Shown: piece after piece, positions 48,349 through 57,653 of the stretch
Layout: each line of letters starts with the position of its first letter
Position numbering within the stretch: position 1 is the stretch's first letter
Source of the DNA: Candidatus Heimdallarchaeota archaeon
Lineage (GTDB): Archaea > Asgardarchaeota > Heimdallarchaeia > Hodarchaeales > Hodarchaeaceae
Reading direction: 5' to 3'
Length of the DNA: 64,000 nt
Assembly: GCA_020353515.1 (NCBI GenBank)
Contig: CP070695.1
Span: 2,969,231 to 3,033,230 of the forward strand
Notes under the pieces: generated by a model
What the model was told of the DNA's origin: nothing
Seen by the model: the letters and a program-made list of their open reading frames with translations, nothing else
Databases searched by the model: none
Translations under genes and position numbers: made by a program

Positions 48349-50688
48349 TCATTTTACAATCCCTCTTCTCTTTTTAAATATAAGACCCACTAAAACAAGA
48401 GTAGTTACCACAGGAAGCATAAGCCAGGAAGTATCCTGACTCGAGGTTTGACCGCTCATGTCACTTGAAACAGAACTCTCTTGACTTAAGGTTTGATCTT
48501 GTTGGAAATCTGTAATGAAACTATCTATAATGTCATTGCTAATACGTCTCGCATTGTATTCATCTTGCCTAGCGGTAGTAACTATTACTAAGTCATGTTC
48601 TGGGAAGATCTGAATTGTTTGTCCGCCATATCCAAGAGCAAAGTAATAATCTCCTCTTTCTGCACTAGTACTAACCCAGAATTGATACCCGTAACCTGGA
48701 GGATAGACAAATCCTCTTCGAGGTAACCCATCTATGTGATCGTGTGAAGATTTAGTGATCCAATCAGATGATATGATCTGATTACCATTCCATGTTCCGT
48801 TATTCAAGTATAGCTGTCCAAATTTCGCCATATTCCGAGGAGTCATGAATAATCCGATTCCCCCATAATTTATTCCATCTGAACCAGCCATCCATACAAC
48901 ATCCAACTCCTCGATACCTAAAGGTTCGAAAAAGTATTTTAGAGCAAACTCGAATGTAGAATATCCGGTTGTTTCTTCAATTATCGCTGATAATATTTGA
49001 GAAGCACCTGAATTATAATTATATTCGCTACCAGGATTAGCTATCATTGGCTTCGAAAGGACATACTCTACGCTATCTTCTGATACTGCTAAGCCTTCCC
49101 AAAAATCTGTTTGGTCTTCCCATTCCATCCCTGTGGTCATAGTTAATAGATGGTGCAACGTCATGGCTTCTTTACGCGAATCGATGTTATCAAATGTTTT
49201 ATCAGGAAAAAAGTCGAGGACTAACTGTTCTGTGTCTTGAATAAATCCTTTATCGATAGCAATTCCAATCATCGCTGATGAGAATGATTTAGTTGCTGAG
49301 AAATGTGTGTGTTTTAATTCGCGAGTATATTCTTGGCATTCATCATCATAAAAGTATTTCTCAAATACTAATTTACCAGATCGAATTACAAGAAGAGAAT
49401 GGAGATTATGATAATCAAGATTATTTAACCAGTCCAGATTTTGATATAATCTTGTAGAGTTGATATTTTGTTCCTCTAGACTTGAAGTAGGCCATTCATC
49501 AATGGGTTTATCAATAGTAAGGGAGGGATGATCTCCCCATAATTTCACTGTCCAATCCCAACTTGCTGAAGCGAGAATTGTGCCATCCATTGAGAATTTT
49601 ACTGATTCGATGGTGTTTCTATGCCCTGTTAGAGTGTTAATAATTATTCTATCAGAAATATTCCAAAGCTGGATTGAACAGTTATGCATTTCTCCAAAGG
49701 TAAGCCAGTAACGGTCAGGCCATGTTAAAGATGGATCAATCGCAACGGCGAGAGTGGAATCATCGGGGGAAAGAGCAATAGACCAAATAGACTGACCAAT
49801 ACTGATTTCATGAATAATGTTTCCTGTAGAAACGTTCCAAAGTTTTACTGTTTTATCCAAACTTCCAGAAATGATTATTGTCTCCTCATTGGAAAATGTG
49901 ATTGAAGTTATCTTGTCATTGTGATTAGCATATGAACGTAATTCTAAACCTGAAGATACATCCCATAGCCTGATGCTTTTATCCCAAGATCCAGAGATTA
50001 ACCTTGACCCATTTTTTGAGAAAGCAACTGAGGATACAGAATCAGAATGACCAGTGAAATTACGTAAAACTTCCCCAGTGCTCGCATTCAAAAGTCGAAG
50101 AAGCTTATCTGGTTGATTACCCTGTTTCACATCAACCATCCATTCACCACCTCCTACTGCTAGTGTTTTACCATCAGGAGACCATTTTATATCAATGACT
50201 CCATGTGGAAACATAGACCAAGAATTCAGGTGTTCCCCAGAAGAGACATTCCACAGATTAATTTTATTATCAATCCCTCCAGAAGCTAACATCTCACCTG
50301 AAGGGGAGAAATCTAATGTAATGATACCATAGTGGTGTCTGTTCAGTACATGTAAAATTTTACCATCAGTTAAGTTCCACAAGCAGATTGTTCCGTCAGA
50401 AGAACCTGAAGCGAGAATAGGGGCAACTGGTGAAAAAGCTACCTCCCGTACCCGCCAGCCATGGCCAGTTAGGTTAGCAAAATTATTAAAAATACTATTC
50501 GAGATGGAGCAAGATTCTATAATTGTGTTATCTATAGTGTTTGCTTGCAGTTGATTTGTATCGCTAATATCATTAGTTTTTACGCTATTAATACTTATAA
50601 ATGGTGAAAGAAAGACTATAATAAAGAAAGAAGTACTTAAACCTATTTTTTTTAATCGTTTCATAATTTCACAACCAGTTCTGAACAT
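48349..50688 (-). CDS. Secreted WD40-repeat plus serine hydrolase (beta-lactamase class C fold) fusion with C-terminal TM anchor
   Basis: About 7 GH..LASGS.D..LW repeats; FSATKS (SxxK), YNS, LGYGGQ; signal peptide; TM+KKRR. Confidence 0.9.
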   Translation of the reverse strand: MFRTGCEIMKRLKKIGLSTSFFIIVFLSPFISINSVKTNDISDTNQLQANTIDNTIIESCSISNSIFNNFANLTGHGWRVREVAFSPVAPILASGSSDGTICLWNLTDGKILHVLNRHHYGIITLDFSPSGEMLASGGIDNKINLWNVSSGEHLNSWSMFPHGVIDIKWSPDGKTLAVGGGEWMVDVKQGNQPDKLLRLLNASTGEVLRNFTGHSDSVSSVAFSKNGSRLISGSWDKSIRLWDVSSGLELRSYANHNDKITSITFSNEETIIISGSLDKTVKLWNVSTGNIIHEISIGQSIWSIALSPDDSTLAVAIDPSLTWPDRYWLTFGEMHNCSIQLWNISDRIIINTLTGHRNTIESVKFSMDGTILASASWDWTVKLWGDHPSLTIDKPIDEWPTSSLEEQNINSTRLYQNLDWLNNLDYHNLHSLLVIRSGKLVFEKYFYDDECQEYTRELKHTHFSATKSFSSAMIGIAIDKGFIQDTEQLVLDFFPDKTFDNIDSRKEAMTLHHLLTMTTGMEWEDQTDFWEGLAVSEDSVEYVLSKPMIANPGSEYNYNSGASQILSAIIEETTGYSTFEFALKYFFEPLGIEELDVVWMAGSDGINYGGIGLFMTPRNMAKFGQLYLNNGTWNGNQIISSDWITKSSHDHIDGLPRRGFVYPPGYGYQFWVSTSAERGDYYFALGYGGQTIQIFPEHDLVIVTTARQDEYNARRISNDIIDSFITDFQQDQTLSQESSVSSDMSGQTSSQDTSWLMLPVVTTLVLVGLIFKKRRGIVK

Positions 50689-50808
50689 TTATTATTAGTA
50701 AATTAATTTTATTTTTTTTTTCAACACATGGTCTTTTTCCCCAAAAAGTTATAATGATTATAAAAATTTTATTAATAGGGCAATGCAAAGTAAAAACTAG
50801 TCTAGAAA

Positions 50809-52296
50809 TTGAAGATCAACTCTAAAAAAGGTATCATAATGAACGATTTTCAGGACATTATCATTAAAGAATCTGATCCTGTTAAGATCGTTGACACAGA
50901 TAAATGGGTTGAAATTATTTTCGATTCTAACTATTTTTCCATAATTAAGCTTCTAAATGAAGGTTACAAAACCATTGAAGAAATGCATTGCGAATTTAAT
51001 AGAAAAAAAGATGTAATTGCTAAGAGCACTCTATACAGACACGTTAGATTCTTGATCGATAATGAATTCGTCATTAAATCTGGACGAAGAATAAAAAAGG
51101 GTCAGAGTGCTACAGAAAATTTATATGGAACGGCAGGGAGATTATTTCTGCCGGAAAATCCGTGGAAAAAAATATGGCACTCTAGTAGTGGTATCGAGAT
51201 TAGTCAGATTGTCGGTAGGATGATAAAACATCATTTTAACAATAAAAATCCACATCTGCATCGGCTTTATAAATTCATTAAGGAGCAGGAGGATGCTTTT
51301 TCCCAAACAGCATTAGCTGTAGTTGAAAAAATAACTCAAATTAATTCCATAATAGAGGATAAAAGGGTAAAAAAGGAACAAGAAAAGGCGGATCTGGCTC
51401 TTGCTGCTGTCAACAAGCTAACAGGTGATGATGCAATTGTTTTTTTCACTCTTATAGGTTGGATAACTTGGTTTATTGAGAAGGAGAATTATAAACAATT
51501 CATTTCTGACTTAAAAGAGTGTTTTTCAGATGATTCACCCCTAATTCACAAAGCAGTAGAAAAAATAGAGATACAAAGTAATAAATCATCAAATCAAGAT
51601 TATATCATGCGTAAACAACAAACTGTCAAATTCATTCCTAGTGAGCTAGTCCCAAAATACTTCTATGAAATAAATTATCGAGCAATCTTGTATATACTCG
51701 AATCTTCTAGTATACCAATGACAATAAAAGAAATACATGCATTACATTACGATACGATCAGTAAAATCAGTGAGGACGAAAAACAATCTAATCTGGAGTA
51801 TGACCCGCAACCTGTTCTATTCCGAACACATAAACCAAAAGCCGAGAACACAGTATACCGATATGTACAGGACTTGATCCAGAATGGACTAGTTATTGAA
51901 GCTGGCCGACGAATGTATCCAGAAAAACCTTTTACTCAGATACTTTATACAACTGCTGCTGAATTTTTCATACTTTTAGAAAACAGCGATGAATTCTGGA
52001 AGTACGACGGATGGAGGCAGGTTATCCGTGCGCTTGCGTTCGCAGTGAGGTGTTACTTAGACAAAAAGACCGTGGATCACGAAAAATTCTACAATTTGGT
52101 TACAAATATGGAGAAAGCAAGGTTAAAGCTCCTGAAAAAATTTTTAGCTAGTTCAGAAATCCCATATTTGAGACAGATAAAACCCCATGAAAAACCCAAT
52201 GCAGCTATTAGAATCTTGGGACTGATAGGGTGGTTCCTTATGGAAGAGGATAAGGAGAACCTCCAAAAACAATTATTGTCATGTTTTTCAGATTAG
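50809..52296 (+). CDS. Tandem two-domain wHTH regulator (fused form of the 29712/30408 family)
   Basis: STLYRHV..SGRR..TENLYGTA and NTVYRYV..GLVIEAGRR..ILYTTA; both halves end CFSD. Confidence 0.8.
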   Translation: MKINSKKGIIMNDFQDIIIKESDPVKIVDTDKWVEIIFDSNYFSIIKLLNEGYKTIEEMHCEFNRKKDVIAKSTLYRHVRFLIDNEFVIKSGRRIKKGQSATENLYGTAGRLFLPENPWKKIWHSSSGIEISQIVGRMIKHHFNNKNPHLHRLYKFIKEQEDAFSQTALAVVEKITQINSIIEDKRVKKEQEKADLALAAVNKLTGDDAIVFFTLIGWITWFIEKENYKQFISDLKECFSDDSPLIHKAVEKIEIQSNKSSNQDYIMRKQQTVKFIPSELVPKYFYEINYRAILYILESSSIPMTIKEIHALHYDTISKISEDEKQSNLEYDPQPVLFRTHKPKAENTVYRYVQDLIQNGLVIEAGRRMYPEKPFTQILYTTAAEFFILLENSDEFWKYDGWRQVIRALAFAVRCYLDKKTVDHEKFYNLVTNMEKARLKLLKKFLASSEIPYLRQIKPHEKPNAAIRILGLIGWFLMEEDKENLQKQLLSCFSD

Positions 52297-52363
52297 ATTT
52301 AGGACTAATCAGTCAAATTAAGATAGAGTACTTATAAGTCTAGCAAGTTAAGGATTCTTATTT

Positions 52364-52939
52364 TCATTGAGACTTATGCAATCTAATAACTGTCATAAAC
52401 TCTGCTAATGGTGTCAAATCAGTAGCAGCAAGACTGTCTTCCTTCGAATCCCAACCAAATCCCATTTTCGCTTCTCGGGGAAGTTTTTCAATCATCCATT
52501 CAATAAATTGAATCTTCTCTGAGGTATCTTCAATTATTTCTACTCTTGGGTGAAAAGTTTGGAATCCAACTTGAACTCGTACCTTCTCAGGATTAGCCCG
52601 AATATTTCTAACCCAATCGGTTCTCTCTCCGAGAGCAGCGGAAATATGGATTACTCCGTTTATTCTATGAAATTCTAGTGGATTTCGCCTTGTCTTACCA
52701 GTTCGACGACCAATAGTAGTGAGTAACAGAAATAGCCAGCCAAACCCGAATAAAGGTAATATACGGAGACGATAGAGCGGAATTACAATTTTGTTCAATC
52801 TTTTCAGCCATTTATAAGACCGTGGGAGTTCTCTTCCCTTATGATGCATTAATCGATCCATATACGTGCCTGGTTTTGGGAATGTGACTCTCTTTTTCGG
52901 GGAAGGAGATTGAGATTGATTCAACTCTATCAACTGCAC
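52364..52939 (-). CDS. Deazaflavin (F420)-dependent nitroreductase/quinone reductase family (DDN)
   Basis: LLLTTIGRRTGKTRRNPL, DWVRNIRANP. Confidence 0.88.
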   Translation of the reverse strand: MQLIELNQSQSPSPKKRVTFPKPGTYMDRLMHHKGRELPRSYKWLKRLNKIVIPLYRLRILPLFGFGWLFLLLTTIGRRTGKTRRNPLEFHRINGVIHISAALGERTDWVRNIRANPEKVRVQVGFQTFHPRVEIIEDTSEKIQFIEWMIEKLPREAKMGFGWDSKEDSLAATDLTPLAEFMTVIRLHKSQ

Positions 52940-53086
52940 GAGAATGATTAAATATTAAAAGAATATTTTATATTAGGGTTTATTTAGTCACTTATTTTAA
53001 TAACATTGGCTGATTATAGAATATTGATTTTTAATCTGGATTACTTACAAAATATGGTTTTAGTATCTAAATCTTTGGTGAATAAG

Positions 53087-53983
53087 ATGATAATTGATAC
53101 TCATTGTCACTTATGGGAAGGGGAATTAGTATTAGAGGATTTACGCAATTATCTTACCTCTATGGCAAAGCTACTTAAAGCTGATCCCAAATTGGTCTTG
53201 GATGGAAGGGCAGAAAGATTAGTGGATGAAATGAACACTGCAGGAATCGATAAAACAGTGATACTTGCCCTTGATTATGAATTTCTCTTCCGAGGTCGGA
53301 TTACTTTTCAGGAATATAATGACAAAGTCGCAGAAATGGTTAATCAATTTACTGACCGATTAATCGGTTTCGCTGGGATTGATCCTAGAAGAGGAGAGAA
53401 AGCTTTAGAAGAGCTTGAACGATGTACTGAAAAATTAGGCTTGAAAGGTGTAAAACTATGGCCTTTAACAGGATTCTATCCCGATGAAAAAGACTTCTAT
53501 CCATTTTATAAGCTAGTAGAAGAAAAGAACATACCAATATTATGTCATACGGGTTCAGGACCTGTTAAAACGTATTTAAAATACTGTAGACCCGCTCATG
53601 TTGACACTATTGCCGTAGATTTTCCAGATATGAAGATAATTATGGCTCATATGGGAGATCCTTGGGTCAGGGAAGCTCTTACCGTGGCCGCAAAAAATCC
53701 GAATGTCTACACTGATATCTCGGCTTGGGAATCAGTCCTGAGATTCGCCCCTCTTATTTTCTGTCAAACTTTGATGGAAGCAAGAATGACATGTGGGATA
53801 GACAAGATTGTGTTTGGTTCAGATTGGCCCTTATTCACTCCTGTAATGTCACTGGAGGAGTGGGTGAACGGAATAAAGAACCTAGAATTACCTCCTCCTC
53901 TTCAAATGATGGGAATGCCCGAATTTAGCGAAACGGAAAAAGAAAAAATCCTCGGTAAGAATGCTCAGAAGATTCTTCTATAG
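53087..53983 (+). CDS. Amidohydrolase_2 family protein
   Basis: IIDTHCH, GLKGVKL, CHTG, AHMG, FGSDWP; ATG after GGTGA. Confidence 0.9.
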   Translation: MIIDTHCHLWEGELVLEDLRNYLTSMAKLLKADPKLVLDGRAERLVDEMNTAGIDKTVILALDYEFLFRGRITFQEYNDKVAEMVNQFTDRLIGFAGIDPRRGEKALEELERCTEKLGLKGVKLWPLTGFYPDEKDFYPFYKLVEEKNIPILCHTGSGPVKTYLKYCRPAHVDTIAVDFPDMKIIMAHMGDPWVREALTVAAKNPNVYTDISAWESVLRFAPLIFCQTLMEARMTCGIDKIVFGSDWPLFTPVMSLEEWVNGIKNLELPPPLQMMGMPEFSETEKEKILGKNAQKILL

Positions 53984-54006
53984 AATAGAACTAAGGTGAG
54001 ATTGCC

Positions 54007-54678
54007 ATGAGAGAACTCATCCGAAAAATAATTCATTTTCTCATTTTTTATCCAATATATTATTATATCTGGTTCTTCTTCCTTCGTCAAGATCTCCTTG
54101 AAAACACTCTTTTAATGGCCGTTATAATTCTATTTTTTGGAATCAATCTCATAGATATTCTCATTCGGCCGATGAGTGATCCTGAAGAACTCAAAGATAA
54201 GTATACAATAGTAGTTCTGCTGTTTTTTCTAGGAGGCCCATTGATTCTACTGCTTGCGTTTTTTGAGAATCGGGAACTAATATCAAAAGTCTTACCAATT
54301 TATGATAATCTTCTAATAAGCTACTTAGGTATTCTACTAATGATAATAGGTAGTATAATTATGTTGAGTAGTAGGTACCAGTTAAATAAACATAGCTACG
54401 GAGGAGTGTCACTATCAGAGGAGAAGGAGCAAACATTACTAACCCAAGGAATGTTTAAGTATATTAGGCATCCGATTTATGCAGGAGGGCTAATTATAAC
54501 AATTGGACTCGAATTAGCATTTCGTAGTTTGATAATTCTATCCATTCACACATTAATTTTTTTTGTAATATTTCGAGATAGAATGCAACGTGAAGAAACA
54601 GTGCTGCTAAATAAATTTGGAACCGAATATCAGACTTATCTCAATAAAACTAAAAGGTTAATTCCGTATGTCTACTGA
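54007..54678 (+). CDS. ICMT-family membrane methyltransferase
   Basis: GMFKYIRHPIY, REE..L..FGTEY..Y...TKRLIP. Confidence 0.85.
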   Translation: MRELIRKIIHFLIFYPIYYYIWFFFLRQDLLENTLLMAVIILFFGINLIDILIRPMSDPEELKDKYTIVVLLFFLGGPLILLLAFFENRELISKVLPIYDNLLISYLGILLMIIGSIIMLSSRYQLNKHSYGGVSLSEEKEQTLLTQGMFKYIRHPIYAGGLIITIGLELAFRSLIILSIHTLIFFVIFRDRMQREETVLLNKFGTEYQTYLNKTKRLIPYVY

Positions 54679-54717
54679 TTGTATCAGAAAGAAATTAAAA
54701 TAAGGAGTATGAGAAAT

Positions 54718-54990
54718 ATGGCTTATGATATTAAATTAAAGGTAATAAAACAAGAAGGCCACTGTGTCGCTGGACACAAAGTTGGTGATGAGATCTTCAT
54801 CTCTTTTGAAAAGAACGAGATCCAAGGGAAAATTTGTTTGCATGCACTCTATTCAATATTACCCAAAGTATATGCAATGGCGTATGGGGCTGAGTTTCCT
54901 TGGTTAGAAAATCCTGATGTTAATACACATGCGTGTCCCGATGCTTGGAACCCCTTAGTCTATGAAGTGAGAAGAATCAGAAGAGAGTAG
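54718..54990 (+). CDS. TIGR04076 family protein
   Basis: GHCVAGHKVGD, IC..ALYSI, FPW, ACPD. Confidence 0.85.
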   Translation: MAYDIKLKVIKQEGHCVAGHKVGDEIFISFEKNEIQGKICLHALYSILPKVYAMAYGAEFPWLENPDVNTHACPDAWNPLVYEVRRIRRE

Positions 54991-55001
54991 GGATTCACGA
55001 A

Positions 55002-55435
55002 TTACCAGATACGGGGAACTAATCGATATCTTACCTTCTTCTTATATTCAAGATACCCTTGCAGCTCCTCTTCCAAAGTTTTCTCTTCAAATATGAGGCG
55101 GAAAGACATTAAAACGATGAATATGAATGCTGGAACCAGAACAAGTAAGGACCCAAGAGATAACGTGACACCAATTAAATAATAGAATTACCTAAATAGA
55201 GGAGATGTCGAACATATCTATAGGGCCCTGTTGAAAATACCTGTTGATCCTCTTGGACTTCAACTACTTTGGAAAGATAGGGATTTCCCTTCATAACTAA
55301 AAAATAAATGAAAAGATCGATTGTTACTAAACCAAAGGTGCCTATACTAATTATTACAGGAATAGCAGATAATTCAAAACGAAAATCCAATCCTGTTACT
55401 ACTAATATAGAAAAAAGTGGGATGAGAGATGTCTG
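55002..55435 (-). pseudogene. 5'-truncated, frameshifted ICMT-family gene
   Basis: ..STGPYRYVRHLLY..NSII*, then in another frame IGVTLSLGS..EEKTLEEELQGYLEYKKKVRYRLVPRIW*; shift near 55176. Confidence 0.8.
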
Positions 55436-55437
55436 AT

Positions 55438-56211
55438 TTAAATGGATCCTATCAAGATTGCATACACAATTGGACCAAGCATTGTTCCTCCTATGTTCGT
55501 AGTCACATGTATGCCAATTGAGGGTAAGATACTACGATGTTTCTCTCTTAAAGAGGCTGCAAAATATCCTAAAGTTGTTGTCATAAGAAAAATAACGCTT
55601 ACTGTTATAAGATCTGCCCCAAAAAATATTAAAGGTAGATGAATTGCACCAAAGAACATTGCACTGAAAATAACTGGATATGAGACATTTTGCTCACCAA
55701 TACTTATTTTCAAACCCTCTAAGGGATTCAGATAACCTTGTAACAAACCTCTGACGAAAATTTCTTCAGATATGCTGGCTAAAAACCAAATTAGGAGTAC
55801 TTTTTCTCTAATTCCCAAATCATATAAAACAGGATTTCCACTGGCACCAGTTATGATAATGATTATTGAGGCAATTGAACCTATTACTAGTCCTAGTCCT
55901 ATTATGACTCCCCATTTAAGTTCACCAATAGGTTTGTTCAATCCAGATTGTGTCAAATTTCCTTTAGTCAGAAGAACAATAATACCAAGAGAGAGAAAAA
56001 GAAACATTAAATCAGTTATTAACAATTTTGAAGCATTTCCTCCTTCTATAATTGGCCCATAAGCCTCATTGGTTAAAAATAGAGCCCCTATCTGAGAGAC
56101 AACATAAATACCCAATCCGATTAAAAAAGCTGTAACTAATAGATTTAAAGATTTATAACTTCCTATTTCCTCCCCTAATGTCTTATCCTCATTTTTTTTG
56201 ATATACATCAT
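55438..56211 (-). CDS. CPBP (Rce1/Abi-like) intramembrane glutamic metalloprotease
   Basis: EEIFVRG, FGAIH, SILPSIGIH..N. Confidence 0.9.
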   Translation of the reverse strand: MMYIKKNEDKTLGEEIGSYKSLNLLVTAFLIGLGIYVVSQIGALFLTNEAYGPIIEGGNASKLLITDLMFLFLSLGIIVLLTKGNLTQSGLNKPIGELKWGVIIGLGLVIGSIASIIIIITGASGNPVLYDLGIREKVLLIWFLASISEEIFVRGLLQGYLNPLEGLKISIGEQNVSYPVIFSAMFFGAIHLPLIFFGADLITVSVIFLMTTTLGYFAASLREKHRSILPSIGIHVTTNIGGTMLGPIVYAILIGSI

Positions 56212-56269
56212 ATTTTCTCCTAAAATATCCTATATACTGAATTTATTTGTTAAATAATCCATTATTATT

Positions 56270-56330
56270 CGTTTTGCTAATTATGCAAAACGTGTTTATA
56301 AGCTTGATGCTTTTTGCAATAGGAGCAAAA
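56270..56330. promoter_or_regulatory. Two TTTTGC-N7-GCAAAA palindromes bracketing a TATA box
   Basis: CGTTTTGC-taattat-GCAAAACG (56270-56292), TTTATAAG, TTTTGC-aatagga-GCAAAA (56312-56330). Confidence 0.65.
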
Positions 56331-56417
56331 CCAATAGAAATCTATTAAAGTATGAGTATAATTGTTAGATAATAACTAGCAACAGGTTTACTTACTGATA
56401 CTAACTTTAACGAGGAA

Positions 56418-57266
56418 ATGATAATGACAGCCTTTGATGAGTCAATAACTGATATAAAAATCGCGTTTAAGGTTTATTCAGAATACAAAAAAACCTATAT
56501 TTCGACATTTATAATATTTTTAACTGGAATTATTGTATTGGTCTTTACTGGTTTTTTTATTGCACGATTTGTTATTTTCGAAAACTATTTTCAATTTGAG
56601 AAGATCGTTAGATTGATTCTCCTGTTACTTACACCTTTGATTCTTCTTTTGGTATTTTTCTTACTTTTATCATACGCAAGGACTACTTTTGGTTTGACAA
56701 ATGATATAATGACATCTGGAGAATTGTTTACAGAATTCAAAAGAACTCTTACTTATTTTAAGAGATTTTGGTTATACTTTGCAGTTTTAACGTTACCTTA
56801 TGTTTTAATTATTGTTGGGGATCAGATGTTCACTATATTTAATTTATTCGAACTAATTCATTCTCAAGATAGCAATCGTATATCTATTGTAACCATCAAG
56901 GTTCTCGTCTATTGTTTTGATTTGATACTCTACATCACTCTAATTGAGACATTTCCGAGTATTATTGTTGTTAGAAATCTGAAGCAATGTATTATCGAAA
57001 ATTATTCAGTTGTACGCCAGAATTTAAAACGATTGATATTTTCAGTTGGGGGATATTACCTACTCTTTCGAGTACCAATGATTATTGTTGATATAGCTCG
57101 ACTTCTAATAGTTACCAGTGAGGAAACCTTTCTATTATTCAATATGATTTTCTTAATCTTCGCTTTCATAAACGCATTGGTTGGCCTACCTATTCTTAGT
57201 TTAATTTCCACACGAATTTATAACACCACTATATTGAAAACAAAAGCCAATGGAATTGAATCTTAA
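56418..57266 (+). CDS. Hypothetical multi-pass membrane protein
   Basis: About 6 TM segments. Confidence 0.75.
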   Translation: MIMTAFDESITDIKIAFKVYSEYKKTYISTFIIFLTGIIVLVFTGFFIARFVIFENYFQFEKIVRLILLLLTPLILLLVFFLLLSYARTTFGLTNDIMTSGELFTEFKRTLTYFKRFWLYFAVLTLPYVLIIVGDQMFTIFNLFELIHSQDSNRISIVTIKVLVYCFDLILYITLIETFPSIIVVRNLKQCIIENYSVVRQNLKRLIFSVGGYYLLFRVPMIIVDIARLLIVTSEETFLLFNMIFLIFAFINALVGLPILSLISTRIYNTTILKTKANGIES

Positions 57267-57296
57267 GATTAATAATCTACTAGGATCTTTTTAGCG

Positions 57297-57629
57297 ATGT
57301 TTGAAAAACCTGAAGACCCTGATGAATCTTCTGATATTCCTAAAACAAAAGTAATCAGTGACCCTTCCGTTGTACCTGTTTTATTCCATAAACAGAAACA
57401 AATAATCCTCAAATTATTACTTGGGAAAGAGTTCAACATCATGGAATTGAAACAGGAAACCAAGCTGAATCCTGGTACCATTAAAAGATATCTAGATGAT
57501 CTAGCTTCAAAAGAATTAGTTACACTTACTCGTAAGGTACAGAATGAATATGGATTCTTTCTTAAATATTACCGTGCAACAGCACAATCCTTTGTTATCC
57601 ATATAGAGTGGCCTTCAGATGTACTTTAG
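57297..57629 (+). CDS. Small wHTH (ArsR-like) regulator
   Basis: LNPGTIKRYLDDL..ELV..KYYRATA. Confidence 0.85.
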   Translation: MFEKPEDPDESSDIPKTKVISDPSVVPVLFHKQKQIILKLLLGKEFNIMELKQETKLNPGTIKRYLDDLASKELVTLTRKVQNEYGFFLKYYRATAQSFVIHIEWPSDVL

Positions 57630-57653
57630 TACTTTATAAATTAGGCCTGTGTT

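Noticed and set aside
30408-52296. CaaX-like endings (CLKG, CFSD) on the wHTH proteins as prenylation signals
   Set aside because: The same Cys motif occurs internally at the end of each domain copy, so it is a domain feature.
54007-54990. In-frame TGA between the ICMT and TIGR04076 ORFs as readthrough
   Set aside because: The two are unrelated complete families and the second has its own RBS and ATG at 54718.
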